The notes beneath the pieces are model-generated. The model made no database searches, had not been told where the DNA came from, and worked only from the letters and a program-made list of their open reading frames with translations. Of a stretch of 64,000 nucleotides of DNA, positions 1 to 12,455 are shown one piece after another. Position numbers and translations under genes: made by a program. This stretch comes from Ostrea edulis (taxonomy: Eukaryota): contig NC_079164.1 in NCBI RefSeq assembly GCF_947568905.1, positions 25,606,001-25,670,000 on the forward strand, written 5' to 3'. Numbering within the stretch: the stretch's first letter is position 1; every line of letters starts with the position of its first letter.

Positions 1-482
1 GCGACTTAGCGGTGTATAACAAGGTGTCAGTGTTAAAATAAAATCGTTTGTTCACTTACTTCTCTTTTCACGTATGAATTAGGAAATAAACACTGGCAGG
101 CTAATTGTTAAACCAAAATGAAATGTGTAGTAAATTTCCGGAAAAGTTAATTCTTGAAGGGGGAAAAAAATGGAATAATAATAATAGCGGGGTGAAAGCT
201 CCAACGATATGCTTTTTAAATTAAAAATCTTACTGAATCCGGAGCAGCAATCTATTTTTGTTTGCATCTTTATTTCGAAACGCAACCAGATAAATATCGA
301 ATATTCATGTCTCTGATTCTATCGACTCAAATGGAACTGACGTACGATAAAACTAATAATAATGATATAAAAAATAGTAAGTAAATAAAAACAGAAGGAT
401 ATTGGTAAAACACTGTCGACTGAGGAAAGTTGCGTAGCTAGGTTTGAAATATTTGTACGCGGGGGGGGGGTTAATGTTAGCA

Positions 483-582
483 CAATCTGATTAAAACCAG
501 ATCTTCAATCCGCTCCTCTATTGGCCATGTCGCGTTATGGCCAATAGAGGAGCGGATTGAAGATCTGGTTTTAATCAGATTG
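483..582. repeat. Perfect 46-bp inverted repeat with 8-nt loop (palindromic MITE-like element)
   Basis: Arm 483-528 CAATCTGATTAAAACCAGATCTTCAATCCGCTCCTCTATTGGCCAT is the exact reverse complement of 537-582. GTTAGCA flanks both sides (476-482, 585-591). Confidence 0.85.
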
Positions 583-689
583 GAGTTAGCATGTATTTAC
601 GGAAGATAACGAAAAATGACGAAAAGTAAAACGTAGAGAAATAAATGTCTGCAAGGATCACATTAACAGACAACAAACAGTCTGTCGAA

Positions 690-990
690 TGTGTCGTCTG
701 AGCCTTGCTTTGGATCCTTGTCCAGAGACGAAATGGTTATAACAGATCGATGATGATCTGTTAGACTATTTGTGGAAACAAATTTCCTTGTGTTGCTGCT
801 TGAAGCAAACTCTTGGGGTTATATATCAAGGTCGTCTGCAATTTGTTTTGCGTCATCAAAGCATGACATGTACAGGATTCTCTGCTAATTTCCTTGATCA
901 TGATAACATGTTCCTCACTTCACTTACTTGCGGTGGAAATGTCATGATCTTTATCGGAAATTTAAAGGGGCATGGACACGATTTGAGCAG
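690..990 (-). mobile_element. Possible degenerate hAT/ZMYM1-like transposase fragment
   Basis: Minus-strand translation with stops and shifts gives VSEVRNMLS*SRKLAENPVHVML..DAKQIADDLDI*PQ, reminiscent of hAT transposase C-terminal regions. Recognised by eye only. Confidence 0.25.
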
Positions 991-1037
991 AAAATAAAAT
1001 TGTTAGTTTTTCCATTTTCAATCTTTACAATAATTAA

Positions 1038-1416
1038 CTAAAGCATTTCTAATGGTCAGCAAATATCTGAATGTCATTTGTCTTATTACAAGAGATATAC
1101 AGAGTTCACAATTCTTTGTTATGTAAACAAGGGTAGTGCCATGATTTGTTTACATAGGTTAAATATACTTGTAAATGCTTCGTTGAAACATATTTTCAAT
1201 TTACAAGTTAATTCTGAACACATTAAAACAATTTCTAGGGTTTGTCACATCTCATTTTGTTTTAATTAAACATGATATTTTCCATGAAGCAATCTATACC
1301 TAAACAAAAACATGCCACGAGCCTTGTTTACATAACAAGGAATCGTGAGTGTTGTATCTCAAGTGTAACTCAACAAATGGCATTTAAATTTTTGCTGACC
1401 ATTAGCAATATCTTAG
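1038..1416. mobile_element. Non-autonomous DNA transposon (MITE) with ~120-bp imperfect TIRs, flanked by TTAA
   Basis: 1038-~1160 (CTAAAGCATTTCTAATGGTCAGCAAA...TTGTTATGTAAACAAGG) mirrors ~1300-1416. TTAA at 1034-1037 and 1417-1420. Confidence 0.7.
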
Positions 1417-1789
1417 TTAAGCATTTTAAACATCAAAAATGCGGGAAATAAAATTTTATTTTTTTCAAAAGTTCAAATCGTATCCATACCCCTTTACCAG
1501 TATCGAGTACAAACTGTATACGTATACCTTGCCAACAGAAATGTCATCAACGTATAGGAGGTCATCCATGTCACAAAACACTGTGAGGTCACCTTCGTTT
1601 ATCTTTCCAAAGACTGCAGAACTGCATATTACCCTGGGAAAAGGCTAGGATATACATGCACCAGAGAGCTACGGATCCTCCCGTGCGCCCGTTTGAGGTA
1701 TTAAATCGCTGTATTCCTGCAGTGCCGTCTCAAAATTTTAGGATAAAATTGGATCCCAATAAATTTGTGTCCAAATATCCATGAAGTCC

Positions 1790-1930
1790 CATATGCTAAC
1801 GGAAAACTCACAGCTTCAAATGATTTCATTTAGTGACGATAGCCATGCATGTTAGACCACCATTTCCTCGAGATCGGCAGTGGTTGGTCTCTTGAGCGAT
1901 TCAAGTGACTCCGTAACGACAAAGCCAAAG
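1790..1930 (-). mobile_element. Possible pogo/Tigger-like DDE transposase C-terminal relic
   Basis: Minus strand reads SLKRPTTADLEEMVV*HAWLSSLNEII*SC, resembling the KRP..DL..WV..AW....E.I..SF segment of pogo-type transposases. Two stops. Confidence 0.3.
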
Positions 1931-3762
1931 TGATTACTCTAGGGCACCTGCCATGTGATGGGGACCTAATAGTACTTAAATTTTTATACCAATAAATATG
2001 AATAAGAATGAATACCAGTAGTTTACTGTATAATAATAATAATGAGTTTATTCACCAATTGTCTTGTTAATTTTGTGTACAATTTTCATTTCAACAAATT
2101 CATAGTTAATGATATTAAACAATAAAACTAATTTTGCAAATATTGCAAAATCCATATGGCATAGTAGAGATAATATTTATGAGAACTTCATTGGCAATAA
2201 TCAAGTTCATTACATTTTAATATTAAGGTGTTTTAAATAAATTCCCTTTAAAGTGATTTAAATAGCTATTATTGATCTACAGAAATGACCAACTCTGTAA
2301 TGTATATAAGTTATGTGATGCATAGAAATCTTGTGGTTTTCTACACCCTATCATAATTGAAAAGTGAGTCTGTATGAAAATCACAAGGCTACACAGCCCT
2401 ACCAAGTTTCATGGTAAATGAATCTGATGACTATGTATGTCAGTTTGTCTCCCTGGGCCTCATCAGTCAGAGAAGAGATCAAACTGAGACACCAAAATTG
2501 TCGAGGATAATCTCTGATACCTTCCTGGTTTCCAATATACATTTAAATGCATGTATGTTTTTACAAGTTTTATTTTTACATTTCTCAAAATTCACATGTT
2601 TAAACATTAAAACAATCAAGAAACCAGGAAAGTTTCGTCCCATTTTGAACTGAAATTCTGCAGCAATGAAACAAATCACATTGACTTTGTGAAATCTTTT
2701 GGCATCACAGGAAGGTGGAACTACGTTAATAGAATACTAATAATCAACAAATAATCTGACTGTACTATTGTCTGTCTAATCATGAATTCATTGACAATTC
2801 TGCAATGAGACACTGGCATAGAGCTGCCGGATAAGATCATCTGCCATTGTGAGTCTACTACTGGACTGACTTGGTGCCTGTTACAGTTGTCAATCAGTTA
2901 AAAAATTGAAATTTAATAGCACATACTGCTAGAATGGTCTCCTTGAAATCTTTGAAGCAATAAACATTTACATTCATAGACAGGCAGTACACAAATACCT
3001 ACAATAAAACAAACTGAAAAATTTTAACTGGAACAAACTGTTAGATGAAAACTGAACATGATTGAACTACAGAAAATGTTTTTCATATACCCTTCCCCAT
3101 TGTCTATACTCTATTTAAGAGTATGGTTGACATTATCCATACTTGCATTATGCATGACATTGAAGGGAATAGACATGCACTGGGAAAAATAGGATAGATC
3201 AGAAAGCAAAAGCACACTGAAACATACAATGGGTGGTGGTGGGTTTTTTTTAGGGGGGGGGCATTACTAGAGTGTGCTACATTTTACACTGTCGCCTCAG
3301 TAAACCTTTATCAATCAGTAAAGAGTTTTCGTGGAACAAGTACTGGAATGACCAGACTCCACTTGAAAAAAAAAAAGGCACAACACGTGCCGTATACAGT
3401 GTAAATCCTATTTCTGTTTCATATTACACACATTGCTTGAACATATGTCAGTCTTTGGAAAAGTGTGCATAGAAAATGTACCAAAGCCTTTGAAAAAGAT
3501 GTAATTAGCACGTGCGATATAAACTTGCTAGCGACATACGCGTGTTTCTGACATTTTTTCTAAAAAATATTTTCCATCTCCTCTATATCCAGTCAAAGAT
3601 GGATAACTACAAGTGCACGAGTAGATATGGATAATGAGAAGGAAATAACCATCTCTCACTAAACAAATCCCATTTAACAGGAAATCACTTCCAATACATT
3701 TTCCGTCATTAAAGTACTTTAGTACAAAAATATGAGTTCATTTCAAATCGGATGTTATCGCC

Positions 3763-5767
3763 ATGATGTGTCTAAGCAACAAATGGTATTTCTTTTATTC
3801 AGTTTTGTCTTTAATGCTCGAAAGTTTGATATTCAGTTAAGTATAATTTTAAAATGTCTTTAACAGGCCATACGACTGCTTGCCGAATTATAAGATAGGA
3901 GTCGAGAAATGTGAAAGTAAGTACCGAGAAATGTCACACGAAGAATTTTGAGAAAATTTAACATTAATAAATTCAACCAGTATTTTCATGAAAGACAAAC
4001 TCTAATGATTTCTATAGGAAACAATATTGTTAATGGTTCGTGCAACGAACAGGCCACGGGACTTTATCATATGATCCAATTCAGATCCTTTGATCCGCTC
4101 ATATCGCTACTCGATCTACATAATGTACGTGAGCGGATCAAACGATCTGATCTTAATCAGATTATCATATAATCCTTATGTTTTGTACAACAATGAAAAA
4201 AGTTTTAGATTCACGGTAATTATTTGAACAAATATCAGCTCTCTTCAGATGGAATGATATCATTAGCTTACATCAATTTTGTGCTGTGTAGTTTGTGATG
4301 CGGGTGAATACGGCTGTAATTGTTCCACGCCCTGTGGGGCCAACAGCTACGGTGTTAACTGCTATGAAACATGTCACTGTACACAGGACCAGATATGTGA
4401 TCCTCAGAATGGATGTCTAGTAGTCAATATCTCTACGAAAACGCCAGGTAAATTAAAATATTTTGTGTCGCGATGTTTTCCTTTTTCAGCAATTGTTCAA
4501 TAAACCTTGAAACACCAAGGACATGGATCTTTTTACTCCAGAAGAACTTTCAGTATCAGAATGGTATTTTACAGATAGCTGTACATAGACTAATTTTTGA
4601 AAATACCATCATTTGTGGAGGTGAGCACATGGGATACAATTCAATTCAATTTTCATATCATGAATCATAGATGCGAAGAGGACGAAGACTCGTATGGTTT
4701 GAAACTCTTCCGTATCTATGATACACTTCACATAATATGTACCTTTTCTATGATACCATTCTTGATTTCAATCGATATTACTTATATTTGCACAATCCAA
4801 GAGCAGTCAGTCTTTTTATAAACTACATGTATCACTCTGACCTTCAGAAACCCAGTCTGCAGAATATGACATGATGACGTCAGATCAGTTCAACGTTTTC
4901 TTCAGCAACATCACCACGTCTCTTCTGGTTTCCCTGGCATTTGTCGTGATTGTCAGCGTCATCTGCGGTTTCATTCTCATCAAGTAAATGAAGGAAACCA
5001 GAGCATTGAAAATGTTAACCTATAAACGATTAATAGATACTGCTAATTTTACATACCTACTTACTGTCTAAATATTACTGATATTAATTTCTAGTCGTAC
5101 ATTTGTATTATTTATAAAAACGGCTGTTTATTTCAGGTCAAGTAAAAGATATTACAAACGTGAATATCGTAAGTAATTTCTTCTTCTTCAAAAGATGAAT
5201 ATCTATATCATGATTCTAATTGCAAGTAAATTGAGGTTTCTCAGTTCAATGTTAACTGATGCAATGATTTCAATTTTGAAAAAAAAAAATTCAGAACGAA
5301 TGCTGAGTAACTTAATGGAGGGAAGGCCAGGGGCTGGAAATGAGTATCATGGTTACAGCTCTGCAGACTCATTGACCAACTTCAGACTCTTTCCTTCAGG
5401 CGGCGAAGAAAATACGTACGATCATACCGATAGAGGCGACTACCACATTCTGTCTCTCAGACATACGTCACAGAGGGCGTGTGTTTACGACGGACAATGT
5501 CCTCTGATGACGTCATTTCACGTCCAGACTCCACAAACAACTGCTGAAATATCACCATCGCCTGATATCGAATATCTAGGTATTAACATTGAACCAGAAT
5601 GTTTAATAAATCTCTTTAGAGAATCGGAAGATGACTTATTTAGCACTGTCAGTAATCAGGAAATCATATCCGAGATCCAGAGTGACAGTGAAAAGGGGAA
5701 TTATGAAAATTACAGCGGATGTGACGTGAACAGTGGGATCCTGAACACAGGAAGCGTGCTGTCTTAA
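3763..5767 (+). CDS. Gene A: single-pass EGF-like (MEGF10/SCARF-like) receptor, ectodomain class I + tail class X; 5' end unresolved
   Basis: Exons 3763-3785 (MMCLSNKW, uncertain), 3867-3916 (PYDCLPNYKIGVEKCE), 4292-4447 (CDAGEYGCNCSTPCGANSYGVNCYETCHCTQDQICDPQNGC), 4848-4983 (TM SLLVSLAFVVIVSVICGFILI), 5137-5168 (SSKRYYKREY), 5295-5767 (Tyr-rich tail, stop TAA). All introns GT-AG; phases 2,1,1,2,1 match paralogs; 870 nt = 289 aa plus stop. Confidence 0.8.
4081..4150. repeat. 21-bp inverted repeat hairpin related to the 483-582 palindrome
   Basis: TCAGATCCTTTGATCCGCTCA (4081-4101) versus TGAGCGGATCAAACGATCTGA (4130-4150), 1 mismatch. Shares ATCCGCTC and TTAATCAGATT with 483-582. Confidence 0.7.
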
Positions 5768-6228
5768 AATAGAGACGCTGTATAGGACGATACACAATAT
5801 CTGTTCAAAATAAGTTTGGAAAATAATTTTTGTCTCACATTTCAGTGGATTGCTTTCGGTGTTATTTTGAATATCAGAATGTTTATATGATAGTCTATTA
5901 AACCAATGAACATTACATATCCTCAATGTTATCAATATTGGCAATGATCGTTTTCTGATTCAAAATATATAAAAATCATATTGTTATTATTTGACTTCAT
6001 AATGTACGAGTATATAGTCGTGGTACTTATTCCCGTTCGTACTTCTGAAATTGAATTTTATACGTACAATGTCAACAACGTGTCCATTATCTACAAAATA
6101 TCAATTTAAAGTAAATGACTTGATTGTTGATTGGGATATATTATAAACAATGGAAGCATGGATTTCGTGCATGATAAGAAAAGTCAATAAAGTAAATTAC
6201 AGATACCCGATACCTATATCCATTTTTC

Positions 6229-6233
<5 letters not shown>

Positions 6234-6277
<44 letters not shown>

Positions 6278-6629
6278 CACTAAAGTTCCAACAACACCCG
6301 ATACCTCAAGAGTGTCGGATCCACAACATGGATACAAGGTCAAATACAAAAAATTATACAAAGCACTAAAATGACCAACGACACGAACAACGAGATTGGA
6401 GACGCTGTGTAGGACGATACACAATATCTGTTCAAAATAAGTTTGGAAAATAATTTTTGTCTCACATTTCAGTGGATTGCTTTCGGTGTTATTTTGAATA
6501 TCAGAATGTTTATATGATAGTCTATTAAACCAATGAACATTACATATCTTCAATGTTATCAATATTAGCAATGATCGTTTTCTGATTCAAAAAATTGTTG
6601 TTCGTGTCGTTGGTTATTTTAGTGCTTTG

Positions 6630-6683
<54 letters not shown>
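6234..6683. mobile_element. Insertion between two (TA)n runs: 34-bp inverted repeats enclosing a 194-bp copy of gene A 3' UTR
   Basis: (TA)n ~6234-6275 and ~6634-6683; inverted repeats 6358-6391 and 6597-6630 (1 mismatch); 6399-6592 duplicates 5772-5965. Confidence 0.75.
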
Positions 6684-6684
<1 letters not shown>

Positions 6685-8087
6685 CACCTTATGGTAGCAA
6701 CCCAGAAAATTCATTGATGATGTCTGCCGATAAATATCTTATAGACAATTTTGATGATGTCTGCCGATAAATATCTGATAGACAATTTTGATTTGATATT
6801 GACTCCTGATTGCACACGGAAATACATAGACGAATTCTTAGCAGTGCTTTGCCCTTGTGGAGGATCCAGTACACTGACCTAGGATCTAGCAAATTGTCCC
6901 TGTGTATAAGTATTTATTGTGGTTACCATATAATAGTGCTCAAACTAAGTCAGCAACTCAAGTACTGTACTCAGTACCTGAAGGATATCATACACTGACC
7001 AATAATCTAGTATATTGTCCCTATGTAAGTACTTACAGTGGTTACTATATACTGTATTCAGACTAAGTCAGCAACCAAAACATTGTACTCAGCACCTGGA
7101 GGATAGAGAAGAGTGAAAACAGATCCAAAGGACTGTTAACATGACGACGGTGATTTCTGTTTATTTTCATGAAACTTGGTCTGGAATGTAACTGCAAAAT
7201 TGACAGTCTGTAGCTCTACTGTCAAAGATTATTGAATGGGTGAGTCGGATATTAAGACGCCGCCAAAATGCTGGATATATATTAGTTACAGTAATGTAGC
7301 CCTCTTCATTTTTTTTTTTTTTGGAATAGGGCCACAACTTAGGATCTCCGTAATGGTGAAGGTGTGCGTGTGGTTCACCCCTGCAACATTTACGATCATT
7401 CTAAACATTTGCTGACTTTCTTTACGTAAATAAAACTGCTTTTTATCTTTCCTAGTCCATATAAAAATCTATAACCTGCAACTTACGATTTGTGAGGCTC
7501 TATTCTATACCGCTTTTAACAATTTCGATACATTCCAATTTCTCGATTCATATTATGCACCATTTTGAGCTGAACTTCCGATTGTCAAATTGTTATTTGC
7601 ATTTCCCATATAGGGTATAGTTTTACATCGTGGACGAGTACGGACGAGAAAGCTATTTCGTCGGATTTAAAAAGGTTTAGATTTTAAATCAAGTTAAAAA
7701 CGAACAGCAGAGTGCAATTTTTTCTGCCACCATATGCAATTTTCCTTTCTTTGTCGGAATGGCTATACATTTTCGTGCTGATTGTCAATGTTTAGGTTTT
7801 TCAGTAGATTCACCTCCGAGAATTCACGATGACAGATGAAGAATTTGCATGTTGTACATTATATCTATTGAAAAAACACTTCTATTGGACATGTCCAAGT
7901 ACAGAGTTGGTACCCTGAGTGTAAACGCAGAGTGTAAACAACATTGGCGACAAATACTTCAAGCTTATTACAGGTTATTCATAAAAATAGTTTACACTAT
8001 TACAATTATCCTATGAAGTTCTAGCCCTCTCTCGAAAACGTTAGAATAAAAAAATCGGAGAGGGTTTCATTATTGATGCTAGATAAT

Positions 8088-8897
8088 CTGTTGGAATTCC
8101 CATGGGCACGAATTGTGCTCCTTTGTTAGTTGACTTGTTTTTATATTCCTATGAAGCAGAATTTTTTCTAAAACTTCTACGTGAGAAGAAAACATTTCTT
8201 GCTGTGATCTTCAATTCGACATTTATATAATATATCGACGATGTTTTACCTATTAACAATAATACCTTTCATTCATATGTCGATTCGATATATCCCCGTG
8301 AACTCGAAATAAAAGACACCACAGAGTCGTCCACGTCTGCCTCATACTTAGATATTTTATTGAAAGTAGATACTATCGGTAAACTAACAACTCAACTTTA
8401 TGACAAACGGGATGGTTTAGCTTTTCCATCGTCAACATGTATGTAGCAATATTTCATTATCACCTGCATATGGTGTTTATATCTCTCAACAGATTCGATA
8501 CGCAAGAGTTTATTCTGCGTATGGTCAATTTTTAAATCGAGGCAAGCTACTGACAAACAAGTTGATGGTGCAGGGGTTTCAACAGTCCCGTTTAAAGTCA
8601 GCATTTCACAACTTCTATGGTCGTTATGATGATCTATTTTGTCAATACATCCTATCATTGGGTCATATGCTGTCTGACGTGTTTCATACCGATTGTTAAG
8701 CCGTTCTTGGCACACTAATTTTTACTATGGATAACTCCGTTTACCTGATAAAGATACAAGGCTCACGGCGGGTGTGACCGGTCGATAGGGGATGCTTACT
8801 CTTCCTAGGCACCTGATCCCACCTTTGGTGTGTCCAGGGGTCCGTGTTTGCCCAACTCTCTACTTTGTATTGCTTATTGAGTTATCGTTATATTCAT
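8088..8897 (+). mobile_element. Penelope-like retroelement, 3' part of RT ORF plus 3' UTR (degenerate)
   Basis: Motifs VGIPMGTNCAPLLVDLFLYSYEAEF, YIDD, ELEIKDTTES, LTTQLYDKRD, SQQIRYAR, QGFQQSRLKSAF. ORF ends MLSDVFHTDC*; ~200-bp 3' UTR (GGTGTGACCGGTCGA...CCCAACTCTC...TTGTATTGCTTAT) recurs throughout the window. Confidence 0.8.
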
Positions 8898-9289
8898 TTT
8901 TCATAAATATGTGTCTAAAATGAAACCAAAATATCATCATGACCCAAAATAATTTGAGATTTCTCGATTGCAAGTAAATATATAACGATAAAAAAGAAAC
9001 GTAATTAGTAGTAATTTATCGCTGAATCTTTTCAAATGATTTTTCCACACCTGATTTTTGGTCTGGTATGAATTGCCTGCATCTAGCATTATATTGTTTA
9101 ATGGATAGACATTTTATAGAATTTGAGGTGAATAAAACGTGTTTTTATAAAATCCTACAATTGGTCTCTGTAAGTCTCGACTGTTGTAAGTTCCTAATGC
9201 ATGTGATTCAGACACCAGTAGTCCATCTAAATGCGCGGATTTTCGACATTTGATTGCGTTGTCTTTAAATGTAACCGTTTTTGAGAAAC

Positions 9290-10545
9290 ACCGCATCTGA
9301 ATGATGCAGTTGGACGACTGGAAGCAGGTGTGTCACAATTTGCAGTTGCTAGAGATTTCAATGTTGCACAAAGCACCATACCTCACCTTTGGAACATGTT
9401 CGGCATACATGTACAGTAGTTAGACCACGCGTGAAACCAGAAGCATAGTGTCGCTTTATCCGATTGCGTCGTCGTCGTCAATGATTCACGTTATCTATAG
9501 CATCTGCCTTGGGATTCGCAGAATATTGTTGCATAGTAAACACGTGTGGAACACAAGATGGCGAACTCCGAACTACTTTATCAAATCATTTAGGTTAATT
9601 CAAACTCCGTACAGCGTCAAATTCTCCGGGACTACTTTCCCCTACGAATAGTGATATTGGAGTTGTAGCGTAACGGAACATACTGAGCTGACCGGAGCTT
9701 GAGGTTAATTAGGTAACATAATATAGTAATACAGAAACCAATTAGATCAGCTCTTACAATTCCGGATCAAGATATAGCAAATATCAGACAAGATTGTTAG
9801 CAATCGACTACGGGATCCTGGGATGGTTATGGAGCGCAGACCGGTTCTGACTCCGCAACATCGCCGGAACCGACTTCAATGTTCTCACACTCATAGAGTA
9901 TGGGCGCGGCAACGCTGGCAAACAGTTTGGTTCAGCGATCGATTTATCTCCAATTTTATTGCAGAGGCCTGATGAAAACCCCAGAGTGTATAGACTCTAA
10001 AACGAACGTTTTGCGCAAAATTGCACCCAGACTCAAAAAAAAGGGGGGGGGGGGAGGTAGTGTTATGATGTGGGCCGCAATATCTTATACAGACAGAGTA
10101 GTATTGCTTTTGGTTCAGATACTGGGTTCTTTAACGACTCAACAATATATCGATGAAGTCATACAGCCTCACATGGTTCCAAAAATGCAGCATCCCGGAA
10201 CAGTTTTTCGACATAACAAAACCAACGACATATTGCTTGTCTAACACGTTATGTTCTGCAAAGACACATTATTCAGGTTCTTCCTTGGCATCCACATCAC
10301 CAGATTTGAACCCTATCGAACATGCCTGGGACGACGTGTGTAGACGTATCCGCCAAAGAAACCTACGCCTCAGACTGCAACAAGTGGCCCCAGCTATGTA
10401 GTAAGAGTGGACCAACATTCCTAGACAGTTTTTAGACTTAAGGTAGTACTCTACATCATCATAATGGCTGACTTCCTTTAAAAACATGGATGAAAAAATC
10501 GATATCAGCAATATTTGACTTTTCCTTTTCCATTTAAGTACCTAG
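9290..10545 (+). mobile_element. Highly degenerate Tc1-like transposon (second family) with an ~260-bp internal insertion
   Basis: Fragments DAVGRLEAGVSQFAVARDFNVAQSTI (~9300-9380), RRPVLTPQHRRNRLQ (~9830), GGGSVMMWAAIS (~10050), SPDLNPIEHAWD (~10300). Frameshifts and stops; ends approximate. Confidence 0.75.
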
Positions 10546-10762
10546 CCGAGTAGCTCAGTAGGTTAGAATACCGACTGCTGACCTGTAGGTCGCAGGTTCG
10601 AGTGCAACAGGGGTTTTAAATTTTTTTTTCAGATTACCTTCTACTAAAACTGTATTTGTTGACAAAATAAAGTAAATTTGAAAATTTTCAACTTCAAAAT
10701 ATTTTTGTACATATCCTCCACTTTTCATCTACATCAAATTTCTCTGGTGTAGCACACCTCCT
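10545..10762 (+). mobile_element. tRNA-derived (SINE-like) repeat
   Basis: A-box TAGCTCAGTAGG (10551) and B-box-like GGTTCGAGTGC (~10595). The acceptor stem cannot pair, so it is not a functional tRNA. AT-rich body follows. Confidence 0.6.
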
Positions 10763-10849
10763 TCATTCGGTCCATGGGAATACATTGTCAGGCTGTAATT
10801 GGTGCTCGTGGGGGACAAACTAGATATTGGGAGACCTTGAACTGTTAAT

Positions 10850-10852
<3 letters not shown>

Positions 10853-10897
<45 letters not shown>
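10853..10897. repeat. (TA)n microsatellite
   Basis: Pure TA run. Confidence 0.95.
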
Positions 10898-10899
<2 letters not shown>

Positions 10900-11299
10900 C
10901 TTTTCAGCATTTTCAGCATTGATAACTTTACCAAGCTTTTAATTATACCTAATGAGTAAAATTCATACAAATACATATATCTCTGTGATGCAAAAAGTTC
11001 AATAATTTCGCAAAAACTTATGACATCACGAGAAGTACCTTAATGACTATGACCAGGTCGGCCTAACGGATACTCCCTACGAATACAAACAATCCAATTC
11101 TTAAAGGAAGTGCATGTATTGTATGAATATATTTCAGAGGAGTTGCGGGAATTCTGATGTTTGCCGGAAGTCTAAGATAGACAGTTACAGTGTATGTTCT
11201 ACATTGAACACTGGTAATACAGAATAATTTATAGTAGTCTGAGTGATCTACAACTGATTTCCTTGGTTAATAAATGCAAACTATTTACATTGTAGTAGT

Positions 11300-12059
11300 C
11301 AAGAAAAGTTCACAATATCAATCTCAATCTCATATCAATCTCCTAGCTCTTATAAAGAATACAAAATTAAAGGTCATAGGAGACGATTTTCAAAAAAGTC
11401 AATTCGGCATATGAATGAAAATGGAAGTTCTTAATACCGGTAGATTAAACGTCGTCGATATATCTAAATGAGAAAGTGTCCAGTTGAAGGCCACATCAAG
11501 ATATTTTTCTCCATGTAGAAGCTTTTGAATACAATCTGCCTCATAAAAGTATAAAACTAGTCGGCTGATAAAGAAGCACTATTCGTGCTCATAACCAAAC
11601 ACCACCTAGATATTGTCAATGAGGAACTCTAATATCTTTTAATATCAACATCATAGTACTTGTGCGTAGAACCAGAGTGGTGTTTAACAAAGTTATTTTT
11701 TTATCACAATATATGAATATATCCGTGTTCTATTTTTATACCAACAGCTGATAGCAAAAATCTGTTGTCAGGAATGGTCGTGTAAAGTGTTGAAAAGTCA
11801 TAAGGTTTGGTGCTATTCATTTGGAGAAAGTATTGAGACTTCAAATTTACTAAAATTTCCTTGGAATATTTTAGAATCCAGATTTGATTTACACTACTCG
11901 CATATGCTGTGGTTTGATATATTGATACGTCTGAAGTTTTCTTTCAAAGCAGCTAATATTATTGTATGGTATTCCTTATCTTGCCCCTGTATCGTTTTCT
12001 CTACATTTATCACTCGATCTATGTCAGGTTTTCATTCTGCCCTTTTGATATCTTCATGG

Positions 12060-12095
<36 letters not shown>

Positions 12096-12240
12096 GTGAG
12101 TTCTGTCCCTCCTTCATTTCTAGTCTTGATATTTGTTTATACCTATGAGTGTTTTGAGGTAATGTTTTTGATCATTCAAAGAAAAGGAATTATTGTTCAT
12201 TTGAATGGTGGAAAAAGCAGTAAAATACACCGACCACTTA
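11300..12240 (-). mobile_element. Penelope-like RT fragments, interrupted by (CT)n at ~12063-12092
   Basis: Reverse complement of the FRYIDD region, TLYTTIP.DRF and YDFSTL motifs, homologous to the copies at 17.9-19.1 kb and 23.5 kb. Confidence 0.7.
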
Positions 12241-12300
12241 ACACGTACATGAAAGTTGAAGATAAGGAACAGTTATCTATCTCAAAATAAATAATATACA

Positions 12301-12455
12301 ATCATTTCATGCCTACTCAGGAAACAGTCAAAACTATTGTCCCGAGGTTGTGACGAAGACCGGGGAAACTGTTGTCAGAGGCCGCAGTTTCCCGGGTCTT
12401 CGCCACTGCCGAGGGGCAATAGTCTTGACTGTTTCCCTAGTAGGCATGGAATAGT
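12301..12455. repeat. Long imperfect palindrome (~70-bp arms) of a non-autonomous DNA element; family unassigned
   Basis: ATCATTTCATGCCTACTCAGGAAACAGTCAAAACTATTG...GGGGAAACTG pairs with CAGTTTCCCGGG...CAATAGTCTTGACTGTTTCCCTAGTAGGCATGGAATAGT; loop 12372-12384. Confidence 0.7.

Noticed and set aside
483-582. Bacterial-type terminators at the hairpins (also 4081, 12301, 14927)
   Set aside because: Eukaryotic context and no U-tract after the stems; better explained as transposon-derived palindromes.
2300-2369. Alternative first exon for gene A ending at AA|GTGAGT
   Set aside because: The frame from ATG 2300 stops at TAA 2354 and is not signal-like.
2411-2560. CTGATGA on the minus strand (~2457-2463) as a second hammerhead
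   Set aside because: No stem II followed by GAAA; surrounding sequence looks like satellite or HINE-type repeat.
10545-10613. Functional tRNA gene (also 19393-19439)
   Set aside because: A/B boxes are present, but the acceptor stem does not pair in the first and the T arm is missing in the second; treated as SINE-like.
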